From: a virus
Virus record (IMG/VR): IMGVR_UViG_3300027730_001702
Location: 2,269-66,268 of that record
Length of the DNA stretch: 64,000 nt
Reading direction: 5' to 3' (one strand)
How positions within the stretch are numbered: the stretch's first letter is position 1; the number at the start of each line of letters is the position of its first letter. Position numbers and translations under genes: made by a program. The notes under the pieces were generated by a model. It searched no databases. It saw only the letters and a list, made by a program, of their open reading frames with translations, and had not been told where the DNA came from. Below, piece after piece: positions 57,493-64,000 of the stretch.

Positions 57493-59408
57493 TCGTGAAA
57501 AGAAAAAAAATCTTATTTCAAAGTGATTTTTCTTTAGCAAAAACTGGTTTCGGCAGAAACTCTAGAGCTTTACTAAAGTATCTGTATTCTACGGATAAGT
57601 ATGATATAACTCACTACTCCTGTGGTATGACTTATGATCACCCAGAGCTTAAAAAAACCCCATGGAAATCTGTAGGCTCGCTTCCTAATAATCAACAAGA
57701 ACTAGAACAACTCAATAGAGACCCAAACTTGGCAAGAATGGCTAGTTATGGGGCTCATTTTATAGACAGAGTAATTAACGAAGAAAAACCAGATGTCTAT
57801 TTCGCTGTACAAGATATTTGGGGGGTCGATTTTGCAATTGAAAAGAATTGGTTTTCTAAAATTAGTTCTGTTATTTGGACGACATTAGATTCCTTGCCTA
57901 TACTTCAATCTGCTATTACAAATGCAACCAAGATAAAAAACTATTGGATCTGGAGCAATTTTGCAACAAAAGCTCTGCATAAACTTGGTTATAGTCATAT
58001 AAAAACAGTTCACGGGTGCTTAGAAGATAAAGATTTTTATAGATTATCAGATTTTGACAGAAAAGAACTTCGCAGAAAGAACAATCTTCCAGAAAATGCT
58101 TTTATTATCGGATTCGTGTTTAGAAATCAGTTAAGAAAAAGCGTTCCTAATCTTTTGCAAGGTTACGCTTTATGGAAAAAGGAAAATCCAGGAATTGAGA
58201 ATACTTATTTATTGTTTCATACACATTGGGGAGAAGGTTGGAACATACATAAGTTAGCTTCAGAGATCGGAGTAAATCCTCAAGAAGTATTAACGACATA
58301 TATATGTAAAAACTGTGGTCAATACGAAATTAAACCCTTTACTGGTCAAGATTTAAACTGTAAATATTGTGGAGCAGAAAAGAGTCAGACAACAACGAAT
58401 GTAGGATTAGGAGTTACAGAGTCTCAATTAAACGAGGTATACAATTTTATGGATACATACTGTCATCCTTTCACAAGCGGAGGTCAAGAGATACCCATTC
58501 AAGAAGCAAAATTAACAGAATTAATTACGCTAGTTACTAATTATTCTTGTGGAGAAGAAATGTGTGAGTCACAAGCAGGTTCATTACCTCTGGAATGGAC
58601 AGAATATAGAGAACACGGAACAGAATTTATTAAAGCTTCTACAACTCCAGAATCTATAGCCAAACAAATTAACATTGTATTTAAAATGCCCGAATATAAA
58701 AGAAGAGAGTTGGGTAAAAAAGCTAGAGAATGGACAATTGATAATTTTGCAGTAAAAAACATAGGTAAAACTCTAGAAGATTTTATCGATTCTCAACCTT
58801 TTGCTGATTGGGAAAAAATAAAAGAAAACCCAGAGGATAAAAAAGATCCTTATTATCAAATGCCAGAGATTAAAGATGATGCAGTCTGGTTGATTGAGCT
58901 GTATCATAATATTTTAAAAATGAAAAATATCGATAGTAATGATTCTGGGCATAAATATTGGATGCAAGAATTATCTAAAGGAGCAAAAAGACAAGATGTA
59001 GAAAATTATTTCAGAAATGTAGCCTTGAAAGAAAATGAAAATAAAAAACAAGTAAAATTTGAAGATCTACTTGATGAAAAAGATAAAGGTAGAGTTATAT
59101 ATGTTATGCCAGAAAGCGCAGGAGACATATTCTTAAGTACTGCTTTATTTAAATCTATTAAAAATAGATATCCAGACTATAGCTTGTATGTGGCTACAAA
59201 ACCGCAGTATAAAGACATACTAGATGGTAATCCTTATGTTCATAGATGGATAGAATATAATCCTATGATGGATAACTTAATTTGGTTAGAAGGAAATAGT
59301 CAACACAATGGATACTTTGATATCGCTTATTTACCTTATACCTGCACTCAAAGAAATTTAAATTATCTTCACAATGGCTTAGATAAAATAGATTTTGAAC
59401 TCAAGTAG
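57486..59408 (+). CDS. multidomain glycosyltransferase (GT4-like with Zn-ribbon insert, GT9-like C-terminus)
   Basis: TGFG, RNQLRK, CKNC/CKYC, GGQEIPIQEA, SAGDIFLST..GNPYV. Confidence 0.75.
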   Translation: MVIVKRKKILFQSDFSLAKTGFGRNSRALLKYLYSTDKYDITHYSCGMTYDHPELKKTPWKSVGSLPNNQQELEQLNRDPNLARMASYGAHFIDRVINEEKPDVYFAVQDIWGVDFAIEKNWFSKISSVIWTTLDSLPILQSAITNATKIKNYWIWSNFATKALHKLGYSHIKTVHGCLEDKDFYRLSDFDRKELRRKNNLPENAFIIGFVFRNQLRKSVPNLLQGYALWKKENPGIENTYLLFHTHWGEGWNIHKLASEIGVNPQEVLTTYICKNCGQYEIKPFTGQDLNCKYCGAEKSQTTTNVGLGVTESQLNEVYNFMDTYCHPFTSGGQEIPIQEAKLTELITLVTNYSCGEEMCESQAGSLPLEWTEYREHGTEFIKASTTPESIAKQINIVFKMPEYKRRELGKKAREWTIDNFAVKNIGKTLEDFIDSQPFADWEKIKENPEDKKDPYYQMPEIKDDAVWLIELYHNILKMKNIDSNDSGHKYWMQELSKGAKRQDVENYFRNVALKENENKKQVKFEDLLDEKDKGRVIYVMPESAGDIFLSTALFKSIKNRYPDYSLYVATKPQYKDILDGNPYVHRWIEYNPMMDNLIWLEGNSQHNGYFDIAYLPYTCTQRNLNYLHNGLDKIDFELK

Positions 59409-59422
59409 GATACAATAAAAGA

Positions 59423-60574
59423 GTGAGACTTTTAGATACATACGCAACTAATACTGGTTCAAAAATTGACAAACCTTTTATCTATACTAAATTTTTTCCT
59501 TTGCCCTTACAAAAGTATATAACTTTTCAAGCTCAAACTCCTTATGACTCTAGAAATTATTCTTATTGGCAAGAAGTAATTGGATTGATTCATGCTCCTT
59601 TATTAAAAGAAAACATTCATATATTACAAGTTGGTATAAAAGACGAAAAAGTTTTAAATGGAGTAATTAATATCGTTGGCCAAACGACTCTAAATCAATT
59701 AGCTTATGTTATTGAAAATAGTATTTTACACTTTGGCGCTGATAGTCTTTCTGTTCATTTAGCTTCTTATTTTGATAAGCCCATAGTTTCAATTTACAGC
59801 ATAAGCAATCCCGATGTTGCTGGTCCTCATTTTGGAAATAAAAATAAACATATACTACTAAAAGGGTACGAAAAAATTGGAAATAAAAAACCATCATACT
59901 CTCAAGTAGAAAACCCTAAATCAATAGATACCATAAAACCAGAAGAAATTGCTAAAGGGATTTTGGATTTATTAAATATAAGCCATTCTAAATTACCAGA
60001 AACTATACATATTGGACCAGATTTTAATAATAGGAGTTTTGAAGTTATATTAGACGATGAGATAGACGTAAATTCAATTCCAATAGAAAATCCTATCATA
60101 AGAATGGATTATCTTTTCAACGAAAAAGTTCTTGAAAAAGTATTATCAATTAAAAAATCCATAATTTTCACAGATAAACCCATTAAAAAAGATATACTTA
60201 AAAAGTACAAAAGTAATATTATCCAATTAATTTACATTATAGACCATGATAATGATGTAAACTTTGTTAAAACGTTAAAGAATAATTCAATAAACTATGT
60301 ATTACTATCTTTCTTGAAGGATGACGAGCTTAGTAAGTATAAATTAAATTATATGGATTATAACTTAATTATAAACAGAAACCATAAGAGTAAACAAGAC
60401 ACTAGCGTAAAAGAGATTGATAATCTTTACTATAACTCTTCTAGAATACTGCATACTTCAAAAGGTCAGTTTAGATCAAAATATGATTGGTTAAATAAAA
60501 CAGGAGATAAAGTAGTGGATCATCCTGATTTTTGGAAAGAAGCTGATAATTTTTATATTTTTAAGTTGACTTAA
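59423..60574 (+). CDS. GT9-like glycosyltransferase
   Basis: YWQEVI, GQTTLNQLA, GADSLSVHLA. Confidence 0.7.
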   Translation: MRLLDTYATNTGSKIDKPFIYTKFFPLPLQKYITFQAQTPYDSRNYSYWQEVIGLIHAPLLKENIHILQVGIKDEKVLNGVINIVGQTTLNQLAYVIENSILHFGADSLSVHLASYFDKPIVSIYSISNPDVAGPHFGNKNKHILLKGYEKIGNKKPSYSQVENPKSIDTIKPEEIAKGILDLLNISHSKLPETIHIGPDFNNRSFEVILDDEIDVNSIPIENPIIRMDYLFNEKVLEKVLSIKKSIIFTDKPIKKDILKKYKSNIIQLIYIIDHDNDVNFVKTLKNNSINYVLLSFLKDDELSKYKLNYMDYNLIINRNHKSKQDTSVKEIDNLYYNSSRILHTSKGQFRSKYDWLNKTGDKVVDHPDFWKEADNFYIFKLT

Positions 60575-60594
60575 TATACAATCTGTAGTATCAT
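60566..60594 (+). promoter_or_regulatory. sigma70-type promoter, leaderless spacing
   Basis: TTGACT-N17-TATCAT, 6 nt before the ATG at 60601. Confidence 0.7.
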
Positions 60595-60600
60595 TACTAA

Positions 60601-61425
60601 ATGAGCCCTAAAATCAAATCAGAAGAAAATACAGTTTCAATTGGTAGTTCAGAGTTGTTCAATGTTGTGAATAAAGGATCAGACATTCAAATTGAAAATA
60701 CTGCGACACCAATGCTTCAAGTTACTCCTCCAAAGCTAGTAACTAGAAATAATTATGGTCTTATTGAAGATCAAACTTTAAATTATGTATTTAATGATGA
60801 TGGTACAATCAATTGGCGTAAAATGGTTAAAGTTGAACATCTTGTACCTAATAGGCAAAAAACTCAAGAAACAGATGTTTCAAAACTTCAAGATAAAGAT
60901 CTTCTTATACTTTTAGGCGGAATTAAAGAACTAGCTCAAATTAGGGGCTATACTAGTGTTGAATATAAAGTTGTTGCAGCTTCTGAAAATTATTTTGCAA
61001 CGAGTTGTAGGATTACTTGGTTGCCAAATTATGAAACTGGTGGAAAAGAGGTGATTTTTGAATCTCTTGCTGATGCCACTTTAAATAATACAAAGAGCTT
61101 TGCCAGATTCTTCTTGGCTGCAATTGCCGAGAATAGAGCGTTTGTGCGTTGTGTTCGTAATTTTTTGAAGATTAATATTGTTTCTCAAGAAGAACTTGGA
61201 GATGCAAAACTTCTCGATGACTCTTCTTCTGTAAATGAAAATCCAACTTCTCCCCAATCATTACTTGAAAAAGTCATGAAAGAAAAGAATGTTAATTTTG
61301 AAGCGCTTAAGAAAAGATTAATTAAAGATAATTTTGATAATGCAGAAAATTTAAACTCTATCTCAGATATACCCAAAGTTAAGTTGTTTGAATTAATAGA
61401 TCGAATTAAAAAAATTAAAGATTAA
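60601..61425 (+). CDS. putative ssDNA-annealing protein (Rad52/Red-beta-like)
   Basis: GGIKELAQ, AIAENRAFVRCVR, VSQEE; assignment by motif resemblance only. Confidence 0.45.
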   Translation: MSPKIKSEENTVSIGSSELFNVVNKGSDIQIENTATPMLQVTPPKLVTRNNYGLIEDQTLNYVFNDDGTINWRKMVKVEHLVPNRQKTQETDVSKLQDKDLLILLGGIKELAQIRGYTSVEYKVVAASENYFATSCRITWLPNYETGGKEVIFESLADATLNNTKSFARFFLAAIAENRAFVRCVRNFLKINIVSQEELGDAKLLDDSSSVNENPTSPQSLLEKVMKEKNVNFEALKKRLIKDNFDNAENLNSISDIPKVKLFELIDRIKKIKD

Positions 61426-61718
61426 TAATCTTTATACTTTACTAATTGGTTTCTTACAAAATAAAGATTAATAAAAAATCCACAAAAAGCGCTTAATATA
61501 TTACTAAAGTAAGAATAAATTAATAAATCAAAAGGATTAATAAAAAAACTAACACCTAAAGATATCCAAAAACTAGAACATTCATGACAAAGCAAAGGTT
61601 TATGAATATAAGGAATCTTAGCTATAAAATTTCTAAAAGGTCTAGCAATCTCAGTATCGCTCCAAGCATAAGTCACTCCCAAGCAAACAAACAAATACGC
61701 TAAGAATTGATAAAACAT
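61422..61718 (-). CDS. membrane protein with CxxC (DUF1360-like)
   Basis: TM segments, IARPFR, PLLCHECSSFW. Confidence 0.65.
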   Translation of the reverse strand: MFYQFLAYLFVCLGVTYAWSDTEIARPFRNFIAKIPYIHKPLLCHECSSFWISLGVSFFINPFDLLIYSYFSNILSAFCGFFINLYFVRNQLVKYKDY

Positions 61719-62192
61719 TTAAATAAAATAAACAACTAGTTTATCTGATTTTTCTACTATTGAGAAAGACTTAAAAAGTATCTTTTCTTCAGTTAATTTT
61801 TTAGCAAGATTTTTCCAATCTTCTTCTGTCTTGCCGATTTCGAATACTCTTCCGCCGCTATTTCTAAACATGTTTTGTTGCATCATTTGCATATGGTTCT
61901 CCATTGGGTTAGTTGGTGCTTGAGAATTTTTAATTTCTTCAGCTTTTTCTTGTGTTGATTTCTTAACTTCTTCATTATTGATAAGATTATTGAAATAATC
62001 TTGCTCAGTAGTAAGTTTCCCTTGAAGATGAGCTTTTACTCTATTTTTGCAAGAGCAATTTGGATTGTTTCTGGAGCTAGTAAGGTCTGCTAAGATTTCT
62101 GGAAACTTGTCTTTTAAAGAGTTGAAAAATGTATCATTTTTGATAAAAGTATTAAAAAATACTGGCGAATTGAGGAGTTCTTGAAATGTCAT
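61719..62192 (-). CDS. CxC-motif protein, paralog of 8068..8511
   Basis: SRNNPNCSCKNRV; C-terminal KSFSIVEKSDKLVVYFI. Confidence 0.7.
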   Translation of the reverse strand: MTFQELLNSPVFFNTFIKNDTFFNSLKDKFPEILADLTSSRNNPNCSCKNRVKAHLQGKLTTEQDYFNNLINNEEVKKSTQEKAEEIKNSQAPTNPMENHMQMMQQNMFRNSGGRVFEIGKTEEDWKNLAKKLTEEKILFKSFSIVEKSDKLVVYFI

Positions 62193-62232
62193 ATAATTTA
62201 TTATATATCAATACTTCATATATTTCTAAATT

Positions 62233-63042
62233 TTATAAACTACCACTCAATATATATGTATCAAAGCTTAAGGTTAATTTAGCATCATTATTTATTGAAT
62301 ACGATAATTGAGTATTATTATTAATTAAATTAGCCAAATTTATCTTTAACAAAGACTGATTAGTGTTATATTTTCTAAAATTAACACTAAAGTCTCTACT
62401 TGATATAGATTTAAATATATTAGTTACTTTTTCTTGATCATAATCACTCATTGAAAATTCAAAATTTAAACTTATATTTATAGGATATTTAATGATAACA
62501 GCATCTGGTAAATAATTACCAATAGTGTAGATTGGAACCCTATTTATATTTATATTTAATCCGAATGATTCTAACCTATTAGAGTTCGCTTCATTTAAAT
62601 TTAGGTCGACATAGCAGCCATCACTTATATCGAAATCATTTATTGGTTTTGGATTAAAGTTAAAAGATCCAGAAGTATTTCCTAATTCTCCTAATAATAA
62701 AGTTTTTACGTTGACTTTTGGGTATTCGTTTAATCTATATTCTATAGAGTAATTATTCAAATATCCGCTAGAAAATGTAAAAAATTTGTTCCCGTACTCG
62801 ATTTTTCCAGAGAAGGAATTACTGCCTGTATAGGATACAAAAGGGTCATTCGAGCTCAAAACGTAATTTAAATCCAAATTAGCTATAATTGGAGCAGAAA
62901 CAAAGTAATTCATGTCATTGCTATCTATAGATAGATAAGGATTAATATTATTACCGTAAGATATACTCAAGTCTTCAATTCCAGAAATAAGAGAGTTATT
63001 TAAATAAAAGTTTTGGTTTTCTATAGAATATACGTTAAACAT
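62233..63042 (-). CDS. putative tail/baseplate structural protein
   Basis: Beta-rich, R.PIY.IG...P motif; divergent from tail genes; GTGTAA upstream. Confidence 0.5.
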   Translation of the reverse strand: MFNVYSIENQNFYLNNSLISGIEDLSISYGNNINPYLSIDSNDMNYFVSAPIIANLDLNYVLSSNDPFVSYTGSNSFSGKIEYGNKFFTFSSGYLNNYSIEYRLNEYPKVNVKTLLLGELGNTSGSFNFNPKPINDFDISDGCYVDLNLNEANSNRLESFGLNININRVPIYTIGNYLPDAVIIKYPINISLNFEFSMSDYDQEKVTNIFKSISSRDFSVNFRKYNTNQSLLKINLANLINNNTQLSYSINNDAKLTLSFDTYILSGSL

Positions 63043-63051
63043 TAAACATGA

Positions 63052-63073
63052 TTACACTATATTTTAAGTGTAA
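63052..63073. promoter_or_regulatory. back-to-back GTGTAA motifs for divergent structural genes
   Basis: TTACAC at 63052..63057 and GTGTAA at 63068..63073. Confidence 0.65.
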
Positions 63074-63094
63074 ATTATTAGAGGTAAAAGGTAT

Positions 63095-63637
63095 ATGGCA
63101 AGTATTCACGATACAGTTTCCTACTGGAGCAATTTAACTACTTATAAAAAGTATGATATTGTGAAAGGTAGTGACGATCGTTTCTATTATTCAATTAAAG
63201 ATTCTAATGTTTCTAATAACCCAATAACCCTTGCGAATCTACAAGTTCATTGGGAGGGATATATTTCTTTGAACGGAATTTTAGTCCCTAATTTTTGGTG
63301 GAAACCATCATATAATGCATCAATAGAAATTAGTCCTCAAATTACAGTTTCTCAATTTGGGAATGGTTATCAACAAAGAATTTCTGACGGAATAAACTCA
63401 ACTCTTGCAAAATTTACTTTAAACTTTGAAGGCAGATCTGAAAATGAAACAGTTTCAATCTTGCATTTTTTAAAAGAAAGAGCGGGTGTAGAGTCTTTTA
63501 TTTATAATCCTCCAACCATATATAAAAAATCAAATGATAAAATTGACACAAGATATGTTTCTATAAATTGGACAGCTTCATATATATCGTATGATATGTA
63601 CATTGTTCAAACTACCCTTCTAGAGGTACCTGTTTAA
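63095..63637 (+). CDS. phage minor tail protein (lambda gpM-like)
   Basis: W.PSY, FGNGYQQRISDGIN, FL....G..SF.Y.PP. Confidence 0.8.
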   Translation: MASIHDTVSYWSNLTTYKKYDIVKGSDDRFYYSIKDSNVSNNPITLANLQVHWEGYISLNGILVPNFWWKPSYNASIEISPQITVSQFGNGYQQRISDGINSTLAKFTLNFEGRSENETVSILHFLKERAGVESFIYNPPTIYKKSNDKIDTRYVSINWTASYISYDMYIVQTTLLEVPV

Positions 63638-63642
63638 TAAAT

Positions 63643-64000
63643 ATGAGCACATCTTCTGAAATATACAATTTAATCGTAAGTGGTAGTAAAGATATAAACT
63701 CCAACCTAACCTCTTTAACACCATCGACACCAATAAGTTTCTATGAGATAGATCTTTCAGAAATATCGCCAAATTTAAAAAACTTTAATAATACGGGAGA
63801 GCAGCCGTTGAATGGAGGAGTATTAAGGCTATACAATGAATATTTCTTATACAACATTAGTAATAACCCATCCGCTGCAATAAAATGGAAAAATAATTTT
63901 TATTATCCATTTCCAATAGTAGCAGATGGATTTGATTATACAAGCGCAGGCACTCTTCCAACACCTAGACTTGCCATGGGTAACTTTAGTCCAGATAAGT
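63643..64000 (+). CDS. phage minor tail protein L-like (partial, runs off the window)
   Basis: Hand-translated MSTSSEIY...FYEIDL...W....YYPFPIVADGFDYTSAGTLPTPRLAMGN. Confidence 0.8.
   Translation, partial: MSTSSEIYNLIVSGSKDINSNLTSLTPSTPISFYEIDLSEISPNLKNFNNTGEQPLNGGVLRLYNEYFLYNISNNPSAAIKWKNNFYYPFPIVADGFDYTSAGTLPTPRLAMGNFSPDK

Noticed and set aside
1-64000. Stop-codon reassignment
   Set aside because: Conserved genes translate full length in code 11; TAA, TAG and TGA all end genes; no suppressor tRNA seen

Overview
AT-rich segment of a large tailed-phage genome (standard code 11). Evidence for phage origin: lambda gpM/gpL-like minor tail genes at the right end, a phage-type replication set (RecA, DnaB, primase, DnaE split into PHP, exonuclease and core genes), nucleotide metabolism genes (nrdAB, thyX, dCMP deaminase, dNMP kinase, guaB-like, two purA paralogs), a sigma-like factor and a ~14 kb glycosylation/NDP-sugar cluster whose gmd gene holds a LAGLIDADG intein. 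RNA genes: tRNA-Asn(GTT), an unusual tRNA-Ser(ACT) and a tmRNA. The most striking item is a free-standing group I ribozyme core at 11881-12272 (-). It has its own promoter and terminator, no host gene, and complementary ends, suggesting a natural circular permutation. Also notable: an unidentified pseudoknot-rich RNA at 27040-27368 (-); a constant-N-terminus/variable-C-terminus gene family with a 186-bp repeat and one apparently silenced copy; a phage rsmI; a plant-type HPAT/SGT glycosyltransferase near a Ser-Pro-rich protein; and a recurrent GTGTAA promoter motif with near-leaderless genes. All calls come from reading motifs by eye; no searches or folding programs were run.
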